Shown here: one piece after another, positions 48,302-61,800 of the stretch | Numbering within the stretch: the stretch's first letter is position 1 | How the letters are laid out: each line of letters starts with the position of its first letter | DNA from: Paraspadella gotoi | Taxonomy: Eukaryota; Animalia; Chaetognatha | Direction of reading: 5' to 3' | Assembly (NCBI GenBank): GCA_051294375.1 | Contig: CM119270.1 | Span: forward strand, 5,743,452-5,807,451 | Length of the DNA stretch: 64,000 nucleotides | The notes under the pieces: generated by a model | What the model was told of the DNA's origin: nothing | Seen by the model: the letters and a program-made list of their open reading frames with translations, nothing else | Database searches by the model: none | Program-made: the position numbers and the translations under genes

Positions 48302-50239
48302 CAAAGAAAAAAGGCGAAAAGGTCACAGACAAAAGTACAAAGCACTGTGATTTACATTTCTTTTCATATTAAGAAATTCAGTTTAAAAATATTTGCAGCA
48401 TATGTATAAATTATTACAAGCGTTAAACAAATGTTATTTTCTACTTCATTATGTTTTTTTTTTAAATTATCCGTCTCTGAGCTTATATTGAATTCACATG
48501 TAACTGTTGGTTTGGTTAAAAGAAAAATTTTTATCTTCATGTATATTTTTCGGTTTTTTTTTAATCAAAACTACTTCCAACTCATTTTTTTAACCACAGT
48601 ACTCTTATGTTTGTAGTATATCAGAAGTAATTCGGTAAGTTAAGTGGTTAGTGGTTAGTGAGTGAAAGATTTTGCGCGTGAAAAGCGAATAAAGTGACAA
48701 AAAAAAACAACAAACTGGTTTTTACCTTCGCGGATAAAAAAAAATTGAAAAACAAAGAAAATTCTAAATTCAGAAAAAAAGAAACGAATTTATCGACGAC
48801 AACGATTTATTCCTTTCGCTGGACAATCGTAGACAATAATGAAAAAAAATGAAAGAAAGAAACGAGAAACGAGAAAAAAAGGAAAAAATAGAAAAACTCG
48901 AATGCCGAAGAAAACCTGTATATCCGGTTTCAGTATCGACATCGGCATGGTGGGTGGATCGAAACCGGTACGAATCGTATAATTGGGTCGTGATACGAAT
49001 CGATTATCACCGGTCGATGTGAAATTCCGACGCCGACGTGTGACAATGATGTTTGGCCGCTTCGCATCGAAGAATAAAAATATAATATGATGCTTTCACA
49101 GATATAAAGANNNNNNNNNNATCGATTATCACCGGTGGATGTGAAATTCTGACGCCGACGTGTGACAAAGATGTTTGGCCGCTTCGCATCGAAGAATAAA
49201 AATACAATATGATGCTTTCACAGATATAAAGAAATAAAGAAAGAAAAAAAATTACAAAAAAATGGGGAACAGCTGGGAAAAAAAACGAGTTTTAATATTC
49301 CAAAACCTTTTCAACGACATACCTTATATGCCTCCCTCCCCGCGGTAGCAGATGTCGTACAAACTCACAGATGCCGTACATATCTTTGGATGCCCTACAC
49401 ATTCACAGTTGCCATGCGTCCTCAGTCAATCACAGATGACTTGCACACATAAACTTTCCATTCACACTCGAATGACTCCACGACATTTACTCTTACCCAC
49501 ATAAAAAGAGGCCCTTCCTACTGTCACAAATATAACTTCGCCCATGAGTGACCACACGCATTTGTCTCTCCCACACCCACAGACCTCTCCTCCCCCACAC
49601 ACTTCACCCCACACCCCCAAATGACCCCCCAAGGTTCTCTCGATCTGGTTTTTCTACTTTTTTCATAATCGTCCATTTTTATTCATGAAATGCGAAGTCA
49701 CGCGTCTCAACTCGATCGACTCTTTGTTGTCGTCGTCGTCGTCGTCGTCGTCGAGCGTCGTCGTTTTTGTTGTTGTTTTCTGGAAAAAAAATTTCCAACA
49801 ACGGTTTTTGGAGTTTCATAGAATTTAGAGTTTTTTTATTATTTTTTTATTTTTTTGTTTCTTGTGTTTTTCTTTTTTGGTTGTTGCAGTTAGTTCGAGT
49901 TTGATAGGAAAAGTGGATTTAGATAAATTTAGATAAATTGATCATATCTTGTGTAAGATCCACGTGTTTTAGATAAACTATTTGTAGTATCTATATATAT
50001 ACTTTTTTTTTAGAAAGGCGAGACGTTTTTATTTTGTTGTTCTGTCCGAAACCACTAATTACTTACGAATTAGTTTTTAGTTTTATTCTTTCCTCAATTT
50101 TATAATTTTTAGTAATAATTATCCAAGACATAATTATTTGAGCAGTTGTGATATAAATCCTTTCTTTTTCGTTGTTTGAAGTGAGTAAAGAAAGTTTGAT
50201 TTGGAGTGTGACAACGATTGGTTTTATTAATTCAAAAGA

Positions 50240-50274
50240 GACATGTTTCGGCTTTACTTTCAAGCCTTCATCAG
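50240..50274 (-). ncRNA. Minimal Penelope-type hammerhead ribozyme core (helix I degenerate)
   Basis: Minus strand reads CTGATGA-A-GGCTT-GAAAGTA-AAGCC-GAAAC-ATGTC, followed by AATAAA. Confidence 0.55.
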
Positions 50275-51103
50275 CAGTTAAAAAAGCTATGTAGTACCGT
50301 TTGATGCGTTGCTTAAAAATCAACCGATAGCGAATTTGAAGTGGAGAGTAAAAAAATAAAAATAGATAAACTAATAGGCGTCATTAACTGTCAATGAATT
50401 TGGATCCAACTCCGCGTATAAACATCGCTTCGCCACTCGGAGCGCGATGTCTCGTTGGCGAGGACAACGAGACAACAACGACGACAACGACGACAACGAC
50501 GACAACGAAAGCGACTCAGTTTTCTAGAGACTATTTCACGTTCGCCATTTCCGATGACGTCGCTCTCTCGATGACGACGACGACGTGTAGACGTCACGTG
50601 ATGAGGGAGATTTACTTCTCACATTAACTTATTAACTTATTATCGGATGATTATTGTTAATGAGAAAGGTTAACGGGCAGACAATGATTTTCATGGAATC
50701 GGAATAGACTTTAACATTATGTTTAATTTTTTAATTTTTGCTCTTGATAATGAAGCCGAGTCGCAGACATCGTCGAATTCATTGCCAACGAAGATGATGA
50801 TGATTATGATAAAGAGGATGATTACAACTGGAGATGATATTGAATTCTTTCCGAGGGGGGCGGACGATGACAACGATGACGACGATGACGAAGATGATGA
50901 AGATGAGGAAGATGACGACGATGACGAAGATGACGTAGATGACGACGATGACGAAGATGACGACGATGACGAAGAAGACGATCGGTGATTATGGTGATGA
51001 TGACGTGATCAAAGATCAATGATCAAAGACGTGAGCGATTTAGTTTTTGAATATGGAATCATATTCCTTATTTCCTGTGACGTCGATGATGAAAGAAAAA
51101 CCA

Positions 51104-51138
<35 letters not shown>

Positions 51139-51546
51139 AGAAATAAACGGCGGGAAAGACGACGATAGTGACAAAACGGATGACAGAGCATTTTGTCGTG
51201 GCTTTGTCAATAAAACGATTTTTAGAGATTCTATTTGTCATCGATAAATAGATGAGCATCTTTTTTAGTTTTTTCCTTAAATCAATTTCTTTTCAAAAGT
51301 AAAGGTATGTATAAAATATAATACTAAACAATTGTGAATACATATATTTCAGAATTTTTTTTTTCCTTTACACACATCACAAAAAAATCTTATCATTAAT
51401 CAACATTATCATAATAAAAAACGACATTTAATTTCAATCAACAAAAACACACAAAAGACAAATGCGACACAGAATTAAATTGAAAGGGAATGGAATAGGA
51501 CGAGTAAGCATGATGTAAATAACGAAATTATGTAGTTTGTACTCAC

Positions 51547-51608
51547 ACCAATGGAGTTCCGACGCTTTGTCGCTTTGACCTGAAAAAAATATAAGATCAT
51601 TAATTCTT

Positions 51609-51651
<43 letters not shown>

Positions 51652-52021
51652 TGTCAAAGATGGAATTGAGCCTAATCTTGTTTTTCCTTGAGTTCGACTC
51701 GAACCTTCTGCACAAATAATAGGCGAATCAAAACTTTGCTTAAAATCGTTCAATCACAAAAAATCATAAATGAATAAAATTATTTAAACCTGGAACTTTC
51801 TATTAATTTCGTTATTACGTTATAAAAACTCTCCTAATATTTTTGGGCATCATTGTTATTTAATTCCGAGAGATGTCTCGACCGTTCGGAACTTCCGCCC
51901 GTTTATCGGAAACAAAAGACAAGCGGAATGTATTAGGGATGAGCATTGATTCGTCAAATGTTTGCTCACCTGTGGGTACCTCAGCCTTCTTTTTCTTCAA
52001 CAGAGTGGAGATGGCCGACAT
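51547..52021 (-). CDS. Candidate alternative PKA-C N-terminal exon chain: 52021-51970 (MSAISTLLKKKKAEVPT), 51707-51651 (EGSSRTQGKTRLGSIPSLT), 51579-51547 (GQSDKASELHW)
   Basis: Three consecutive exons with GTGAG donors. The first is ATG-initiated and phase 1; the next two have CAG acceptors and are symmetric phase 1-1. All are in frame with PKA exon 2. Confidence 0.6.
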
Positions 52022-54013
52022 GATGTTCGGATAAGTTTGTAAACTCTTCTCAGTTTGTTTATGTTTTAATTATTATTTGGCGTGCTCCCTCCTTTTTTTG
52101 TTTTGTTTATTTTTTTTTAAATATTTTTCGTTGTTACTATTTTTCTTTCCCTATTTTTGTCAACTCCGCGAGTTATTATCTCCGTCTCTCTCTCTCTCTC
52201 TCTCACACACACTCTCTCTTTTCCCCCACTTCGTAGCCTTGGAGTTTAATGTCTTTCAATCGCCCTCACTCTCTCTCTATCTCGCTCGCTCGAGTCGGCG
52301 TAGTATTTTCTCCCGAGTCGCTTATCATTTATTTGATTTTTTTGTGTTTAGTTTATCCCTTGTTTATCTTTTATTTATCCTTCACGCGTCATTACTCCTC
52401 GCTCGGCGTCGGCCATTTTGAGGACTTGGATGAGGACGACGAGGAGGAAGAGAACGACGACGACGACGACGATGGAAACGAAGAGTTTGACAACGACGAC
52501 GAAGGCGGCCTGCGTGAAATGAATAAGAGATGTTTTAGGAATCGAGAATGATTAGTAATGGGGAGGGTCAACAGCGATATGGACAATTTGCAATAAATTA
52601 CGATAGAGTTTAGAATTAAGAGTTAACAATTTTTTTTTCTTTTAAAAATCACTATTAAGATAGAGTGCCTTGGCTATATAACGTATAGTTTATAAAGTTA
52701 CAAGCTCGTAAACGATGAGCAATTCCTTTTTTTCTCAGCTGTGATCTTGACGTAGTAAACAACGATGAAAAATTTAAAAATTTAAAAATAATAGCTATAA
52801 ATTTTTTTTTAGATTCTCCCCAGATGTGTCTTTCAATTAAGTAATAAACTACTTTTTTCAATATACTTATAACTTTTATCGAATGCTAAATTTGAGGCGA
52901 TATATCTGTTTATCTCATAGGAACCGCCATGACGAAGGTTCCATCGCGTTTAATTTTTTATCTCTGACGTCACATTTCTTATTCTTGTGATATTGTCGTC
53001 ACTTAGTCATTTTTTATCTGTTATGTAAAGATACGATCTCAACGAAGAAAAATGGGAAAACTAAAAAAAGTGTTAAGATAGTAAGATAGTTGGATAGTAA
53101 GATAGTTAAGATAGTATACTATCTTAACATTTTAGCCTACGAGTAGGCTCATTGTTGGCGGATGAAGTTCGTTATGATTTCGGCGAAGGTTGACAAAATT
53201 TGTAAAAGTAAAGTCGAGTGGGCGTTTACCTCGAAAGTCGATTGCGAAAAATGTCACGAAAAATGAGGAAAAATAACCCCCTTTTTAAAAAAGATTTGAG
53301 AGAAAGAGAGAAAGAGAGAAAGAGAGAGAGTACAGAGAGTACAGAGAGTACAGAACGAGCGAAAACGTGAAATTATTTAATTACGATTTCTGAGGGCGAC
53401 CTTTTTTTCTTTCTTTTTTTTTTTCTTCTTGTCAAATTGTCGATCAAAAAAATGTGAATGACATACGACCGAACGAAGGGGAAAAAATATGAAGGACAAA
53501 AGTGGGACAAGCTGGGAACGTACAATTACGTTATTTATCATTTAGAAGAATTTTAAGTCTTTTTTACGTATTTGGAATATTATTTCGCTTCGTTTTTTTT
53601 ATTTTAGGCAGATGCGGAGATGACGGGCCGTTTGAAGAAAACGTGCTTTTCGACTTTTTAAGCTTTTAGACTTTAGCGACGAAACGACAGACAACTTTTG
53701 TAAACACGGTTGTCATTTTCAACTCCTACGGGGCGCGGTGGTTCGCCAGGCTCTCGAATAAACAACTGTTCCCCGCGTCGGACCGAGGGGGATATTTCGG
53801 GAGCCCGAGGTCGGCACATTGTAGATCAATATGGCGCCTCGTCGATGATTCGAGACTCGAACGCGAAAACCTGGAGTATCTGAGGTTGAAAGAAATGGGA
53901 AGAAAGGGAAGAAGTTAGAGATGAGAAATGGAAAAAAAAAAGAATAAGGAAAGAAAGAAAATAAGGATAAAAGTTTAACTTTAAAGTAAGAGGGTGAAGA
54001 AAAAGAGAATATA

Positions 54014-54272
54014 TTGTGGCGGTATATTCACACCGCCTCACGTCCACCATCCTTCAGCCAAATCCATTGGCTCAGAGGGGGAACACACCATCCCAGGCGT
54101 AGTGTTCCATCCACAGTCCTAACGACTTCCCTCTGCGTTGGCAAAGCGAGACCGTCCTAGGGTAACCGCGCCAGTGACTGGAGGCGTCACTGAGGGTCGG
54201 AAGCCCCCAAAGCCAACAGTGAGATGCCCCATCCCAATGGGCATCACAGGCAACCCGGCTGTTGCCATAATA
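54014..54272 (-). mobile_element. ~255-nt GC-rich structured interspersed repeat, copy C
   Basis: Same family as 20088-20343; multiple near-perfect hairpins. Confidence 0.75.
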
Positions 54273-55308
54273 TAATATTATATATAATAAATCGTTAAAA
54301 CAAATGTAAAAGAATTCATTCGGATGGAAAGATAGGAAAATGGTCGATGAAATATTGAGATAAATATATAAACTGAAATTCGTAGATGATAAAACATTAT
54401 TTACAAAAAAAAACGTTGATTGTTCGACGCCGGTTACGATTTCCACTTATAAAGAATTGAAGTTTTCTAAAGGCTAGAATTGTAATCGCGAATCATTATC
54501 CACCACTCCTTTAATTTTGGAGGCTAAAGGTGGAAAATACCTGTTGCTTTAATTATTATATGATTAAATACAATCAAAATTAATATAAATTAATATAAAT
54601 TAACTTAAAATGTTTTGCTTGTGCGTTTCAAAAAAAAAAAAATTTAAATAACTGGATGAATAAAATATTTTACTTTCAAACCGCGAGATTAAAAGAAAAA
54701 AGAAACAATATAATTGAAAACAAATTCGGTCGATTAATCATTAAAAAATAAAGGAACCAAACGACTGTAGAACAAATGTCAATTTGCGATGAAGCGGAAC
54801 ACAGAATGAACATGGAAAAAGTCTTTCATTAAATTATTAATATTATAGTTTTAAATTTAAATAAAGTTTTTTTTTTCTGGTTAAAATCCGAGTCACGCAC
54901 TTCTTCGTCATCCGAGGCCAAAAAATCCTCCAAACTGAGAAGAGATTTCCCTTTTGTTTGCAATCGACGCGATAAGCGATCGAAAAAAAAATCGATCTTT
55001 AAGGTCGGTTTAAGTTTCGTTGGGTTTGGTTAGTTTAGGGATAACGAGTTAAACGATTATTTAAATGCTCCTTTGGATTCGCGATCGAGTGTCTATTTGT
55101 CTCAGTGGTCTTAGTGGTCAAACAAATGTAGCAGCGGGCAAAGAAACCACAGTGGCGTGGTAACTGTGGAAAACTAACATAATTTTTATATTGGTTGTAG
55201 CAATTTCATAATTAACATAAACTAGTAATTTTGCAACTTTCGTAACAAGGTTAATTTGCAAATTTTCATATATATGGCTTTTTTATTTTGAGGAAAGAGA
55301 GAGAGAGA

Positions 55309-55399
<91 letters not shown>

Positions 55400-55417
55400 A
55401 AGAGAGTGAGAGAGAGA

Positions 55418-55448
<31 letters not shown>

Positions 55449-56986
55449 TATTTTTGTGTGTTCCGAATATATTCGTTATCTAAACTGAGGAAGAATCACA
55501 TTTTATAGAAGATTAAAGTAAATAAAAAGTCAAAGAATTTTAAAGAGGAAAATAGAGACAGAATTATAGAAAAATATTGAAGTTTTAATGCAGATAGTAA
55601 AAAGGCAAAAAAAAGTACTGAAATAATAAATATAAAATGAGATCTGAAACATAAATTGGAAAAATAAAGCCAGAACAAAAATATTGAGAAATTTCAAAAA
55701 TATTGAAAGACATATAATTAAAAAAGGAAAGGAAAATAAAGTTAAAAAGTAAAATTAACTTATGTATAGTAGAAAAAAGTAAAAAAGGTCCGTCAGATCA
55801 TAAAAATTCACAATAAGGTAAAAATATAGTAAAATAAAGTAAAAATTGTAAAAAAAATAATATTTAGTTGGCCCTTCCGCAGATCAGAGTTGGTCTCTTT
55901 GAACGTCATTCGTGACGCAGACCAAGATTTTTTCTCTTCTTCTTTCGATTAAAAACTAAAAAGCGACAAAAATCGTTCGAAAGAAAAAATGATAAATAAA
56001 AAAAAAATAAACAAACAAAACGTACTTTGTTAAAATAAATAGAAATCGATTGAAAGGAGTAAGAAATCCCCACGTCATTCGTAAATTTTAGTTAAATTAG
56101 TTTTTAGATTAGTTTTCAGATTAATTTCTTTTATTTTCTTCTTTTTTTTTTGAGACAGAGAGACAGGGAGAGGCGGGGTTTCGAAATTTACACCCGCGAG
56201 TTTTGGTTCCTCGAAGTAAACGGGGATTTGAAGAGACGAATTCTGCTCGAAGGGGCGGCGTCTCGCTCTCTGTCTTTCTCTCTCTTTCTTTTTTTATAGG
56301 CCTTAGCCGAAGAAGAAGGATAAATCAACAATTAACTATTATTGCCGGGGTAGAAAATTTTTAGATCTAGATGAGCAATACAATAATTTAAATATATTTT
56401 TTTTCTGTTAAAAAAGAAAAGAGAACAAAACTCACAAAAAGCGAAACGAAAAAATATGATAAGATAAACAGAAAAGTAAAAGAGAAAAACAGAATAAAAA
56501 GAACAAAACTAAAAAAAGTTTAAACATCCGAGAAAGGAAAAGAAAGCGAGAGGCTTGAAGGCATGGCTTGTAGAAAAAGAAAGAAAATACTTTGGTAAAT
56601 ATTAAAAAAAAAAAGCTGGGGCGTACAAACTTGTCTTGATAAAGAGAATATAAAAAAAAATGTAATATACCGGAGTCGTAATTTTTTTTTTTCTTCTGAA
56701 TTTTTCAAAATGAAATACACGTGCATGAAGAATAAATTTCTTAGGGTCCGAGTGTCGTTATTCCTCTAAGTCTCCAGTCATGCAAGGCAGATGTCGTATC
56801 CTTAATCCGTTGGTTTATCTATGTTAAAACTTTAAAAAATTATAAAAAAAATAGTTATAAGAAATTTAAGCGTTGATTTTGGACCGAGTCTATTTCATTA
56901 CTCAAAATTTTTTTTGAAGAAACTTTTAGTTCTTTAAATTTCAGATTTTAGCGAAAAAATAACAGTAATCGAGCGATCGTTGATAA

Positions 56987-57037
<51 letters not shown>

Positions 57038-57076
57038 AGAGAGGAGAGAGAGAGAGAGAGAGAAGAGAGAGAGAAG

Positions 57077-57126
<50 letters not shown>

Positions 57127-57238
57127 ATAAGAAAAAGATTGGGAAGAAGTAAAAAATTTTAACTGGTTTGGCAAGAAATTTTATTGATTCCAAAATCTTT
57201 CAGATAAGTGAAATGTGTTATCTTATTTTTTATGCAGT

Positions 57239-57299
<61 letters not shown>

Positions 57300-57653
57300 A
57301 GGTTTATTTCACTGTAATTATGAAAAAAGCTGTTAGCCATTTAAAAATGATTGTATTGTGAAACGGTTATATAGTTAAATAGTTATTTTAATCACACTAA
57401 GCCACCCAGAGTCACAGGATCGTACAGCAAACACAGTCAAACAAAATAAAATCAATTGTCCTATACTTTCAGTTTAAAAAAAGTCAAATTGACTTAAATT
57501 TAGGTTTAAGTTTATAAAATGTGTAGTAATTTTTTTTGTATTTCGGGAGAAGTTGAGATTAGTGCGAAGGAGAAGATCAAACGAATTCAAATGAGACACA
57601 AAAAACTCCTTGGTCGAGAATTAATGCTTATGCCTGGCGGAAAAGAGGATTGG

Positions 57654-57724
<71 letters not shown>

Positions 57725-58294
57725 AGAGAGAGAGAGAGAGAGAGAGAGATGAGAGCGTAAGTAGGGTGATCTAAGAAAAGAAGTGAAGAAATCACGAATT
57801 CAATGAAAAATGTAACGTGATAAGTTGTACGTCAGAATTGTAAAAGTATCAAGCTCAAAGATGGCCTTTATTTATGTTATATAAATAGAAGAACCAAACA
57901 AAAACTTATATGCATTTGTTTCGGCATTTTTTGTGTCAAAAACAAACACTAAATTTTACTTCAAATATTTATCAAAGTTTTCTGTCATTTTGTTTTTGTC
58001 TCCGCAGCTAACGACTCTCACGGAAGTTCTCGTGACTATGAAGAAACAAAACAACGGCAGAAAATAGTTGAGAACGTTTCCAGTTTTCTTTGTCCAAATT
58101 TTAATAAAATTTGGACAAAGAAAACTGGAAATTGAGGCAATAATTCTCATTTCTTTCGGCCGGTCGTGTTTTTATTTTGTAAGAAAAAATTAACCTTAGA
58201 TTTTCCGAAAGAGAGACTTCAATATTTTTTTTTAAATCTAACGTAAAAATTTATAAAACATTTAGAAATTAAAGCGAAGAAATTTCCTGTTCGG

Positions 58295-58306
58295 TTTGTC
58301 TGTCTG

Positions 58307-58341
<35 letters not shown>

Positions 58342-58342
58342 G

Positions 58343-58384
<42 letters not shown>

Positions 58385-58460
58385 TTTCCTTCTTTCTTTC
58401 TTTATTTCTTTTTTTCTTTCTTTCTTTCTTTTTTTCTTTCTTTCTTTCTTTTTCTTTTTT
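58295..58460. repeat. (CTTT)n microsatellite
   Basis: Direct inspection. Confidence 0.95.
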
Positions 58461-59410
58461 TTTCGTTCTTTCTATTTTGTTTATTGACTTTTTGTCTCCT
58501 TGTTTGACGGTCCATTTAATGGAAGATAACAAACTTCTTCATAATCACTGGAGGCAAATATTGACGCTCTTGATAAAAAAAAAATTATTCTTGAAGGTTT
58601 TCTAATCTTAATACGTATAATAGAAAAACAAATTTAAAAATATTGTCAATAAAAATAAACTAAACAACATCATACTTCGTATTCCATTCTTTTTGATTGT
58701 TATTGGTTAACGATTAATGTAATATCACAAAGATATCAGTAAGGATAACAACAACGATATCGATAAGGATAACAACAACCACGTCAAGGAATACGAAATA
58801 AAATGAAAACGCCTGAAGATAAGAAGAAGACGACGATAACAACGACGACAACCCGACCGGGACAATAACCAGTTCAATAACCAGGACAATAAACAGGACA
58901 ATAACCAGGACCCCGTGATAACCATGAGGTTTTAAGCTTTATGAAGTGGATAATTACAACGAAGACAACGACTTTCTCAAACACCAACAAAATTACGCCA
59001 ATACAATTCGGATGACAACTTCGAGTCAAAAGATCGACGACAAAGAAGACGATGACAACGAAACGGACGACGAAAATTACGTCATTGACAGAGACGAAGA
59101 ACATAACAAGGAAGACGTCCTCGATGTCATAACGCCTAAGGGCAAAGATGACACCGACAACGATAACAACGACGTCGATGACGTCGACGACGTTCACCCT
59201 TACGCCGTCGTCGTCGTCGTCGTCGGCCGCTCAGAAAACTAAAAGGGTCGACGCAAAGTCTTCAGTCTTCATCTTTCGATTTCTGCTCGAGGGAAAAATA
59301 TCCACGAAGATTTTTTTAGAGGCGTTGTAGCAAGAGTAGATTGTCTCGCTCTCCCTCGGGCGTCTCTCTCTCTCTCTCTCTCTCTNNNNNNNNNNNNNNN
59401 NNNNNNNNNN

Positions 59411-59457
<47 letters not shown>

Positions 59458-59510
59458 CTCTCTCTCATTCCGCGTCCTCGCACTCTCGCCAAATTTGGCG
59501 CCTCTGGATT

Positions 59511-59555
59511 CACCGGAAGTGGCACGCCCTCCAATCACAAACAAGATGGCGACGT
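59511..59555 (+). promoter_or_regulatory. Promoter-like motif cluster: ETS (CCGGAAGT), CCAAT, YY1-like (CAAGATGGCG)
   Basis: Three core-promoter motifs within 45 bp in a CpG-rich patch; target gene unknown. Confidence 0.4.
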
Positions 59556-60305
59556 CCTTGCCCAAGGAGTAGAGAGAGAGAGTGAAAGAGAGAGAGAGAG
59601 AGAGCATCTGGCGAACTTACCGTATGGAATCCGAAATTCCGAACTCATTTTTTTCCTTCCGTTCGCCACAATCAGTTTATCCAGGTTTTCACTGTTCACA
59701 CCCTTTCACCCTTCAATTCACGCTTGGCCAATGACCACTCCTAATTCAAAGTCTCAATCAGTGAAACGAATTTAATCTTCATTCCGCCGGATCTTTCTTT
59801 CCTTTCCGCCTCCCCAACAAAAAAAAGAGCTACAATTGTTTTCTCTTTTTTTGCTTGATTTTTGTCACAAATAAATTTTTGAAAGACTTTTCTAAATATA
59901 CGTGTATTATTTATCATAATACTTATATGTTGTGTCGTTAGTTTTAAAACGGCATATCCCGTTGTGCAGTGAAGAAAGTGTTGCAAAAACGGATTAGATC
60001 ACAACGAGTAGGATTACATTCACCATTTTGAATAATTTCGCAGTAAAATTAACTAGAATTATTGCAAAAAACTATGAATAAATTGTGTAATATATTTAAA
60101 AGGGCAACCGCGGACTATTGGCAACCAGCGAATTATTATTATTATTTTTTTTTTTATGATCAGCGCAATAAATCGCGGGCAACGACCTGACCAAGTTCGC
60201 ACCTACCGTAACTTACCTAATCTCTCAATCTTGTTTTTTGCTCGGGCCAATGAGAACAAATGACTTTTCAAGTCTTTTTTTCTGTCTGGGGGCATAGAGG
60301 GAAGC

Positions 60306-60370
<65 letters not shown>

Positions 60371-61749
60371 GAGAGAGAGAGAGAGAGAGGAGAGAACAAA
60401 ATGACTTTTCAAGACTTTTTTCTGTCTGGGGGCATAGAGGGGAAGCAGAGAGAAGAGAGAGAGAGAGAGAGAGAAGAGAGAGAGAGAAGAGAGAGAGAAG
60501 AGAGAGAGAGAGAGCGAGAGAGAGACGACAAGCTGGTCACCAAAAGTCGTCGCGATGTTAACGACGACGACGAAGATGACGACGACGACGACGACATCAA
60601 GGAAAGATTAACGCCTTTAATCACGTGACAGGCCGATTACGCGATCCCATTGGTTCGGAAAACGAGAGTCCAACCAGCGGATCACGTGATCGGAATCGCC
60701 CCGCGGCCCCGCGAAAAAAACAAAGGAGCATCTGCGGTTGGGAGACGAAATCGACTCAATAAAAACGAGAATGAAAAAAGTGAAGAGAAAGGGAGGCCAG
60801 TTTTAGGGGGAGAGTCACCTCAATAAATCCATATATGAGTATGATTGAATATCAAATAAATTAATAGAACCTATGCGTCAAAGGAACGAATAATTTAATG
60901 ATTGGTTTATTTTATTAATCAATCAATTACTCAATCGATCGACCTAAATCAATTAATCGATCAAATATGCATATTGAATGAATGGTTTTACATGTACAAA
61001 TATACATTTATAAAGCGTAAAAGCAAGCTAATAACTAATAACTAATAACTACCCATTCCTTAAGCCCTTCTCCCATCAGCCCCAGTTTCTTCTACTCTCC
61101 CATCACCCCATTCTCTCTCCCTCTCTCCCTTCACCCCTCTCTCCTTCTCTCCCTCTCATTTCCTTCTCCTTTTTCTCTTCTTCTTTTTCTTTTTTTTTTC
61201 CCACTGAAAAAAACTTCCGTTTCTCGTCCTCGAACTAAAAAATCAACGAAGTTTTCGGCGCAAAAAAAATTGCGATTGGCGTCGTTTTCGTTGTTGTCGT
61301 CGTCGTCGTCGTCGTTGCTTCTTCTTAGATGCGGTTACCACAATTTTCGTTCTCGTCTTCATCTGATCATCATCTCAACATCTTCGTCGTCTTCATATAT
61401 CCAGAGGCCATTGTCGTCATCGTCATCGTCGGACGGTTGCATTTTACAAATTATGAAATGACAGCATCTTTTATTTCAATGATAGGTTTCTGTCAAAAAT
61501 TGAAATATTGCTCTTCGTCTTTGTCATAGCTTTCGAGTCATAGTTTTTGTCGTATTCGTTGACATTGTCCTCTTCGTTTTGTCATTGTTTTGTCGTATTC
61601 GTTGACATGCCCGCTTCGTCTTTGTCATTGTTTTCTCGTCATTTTCTTACCAAACTCATCGGCCTCATCGAAGTCGCCATCTTGCTTACCTCTCTCGCTC
61701 AATCCGTCGTCGTCGCGTCGCGGCCTGCCTGCCGCGGACAAGACGGAGG

Positions 61750-61800
61750 ATATAAAAGGCGAGTCGCTCGCCTTTTTCCGTTCGCGTCGCAGTCAGCGTT
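61750..61800 (+). promoter_or_regulatory. Probable TATA box (TATAAAAG) and Inr-like CAGTC of the neuropeptide gene
   Basis: TATAAAAGG at 61751 in a GC-rich context, GCAGTC ~35-40 nt downstream, ~0.55 kb upstream of the first coding exon. Confidence 0.5.

Noticed and set aside
48999-49231. ~110-bp direct repeat separated by 10 Ns
   Set aside because: Typical unmerged haplotype overlap at a scaffold gap.
37894-52972. Two full CRE palindromes TGACGTCA (37894, 52965) suggesting cAMP feedback on PKA
   Set aside because: About one 8-mer hit is expected by chance in 64 kb, so this is not significant without functional data.
58730-59242. Asp/Asn-rich plus-strand ORF (similar tract at 50719-50988)
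   Set aside because: Consistent with decayed (GAC/AAC)n low-complexity DNA; no clear splice structure.
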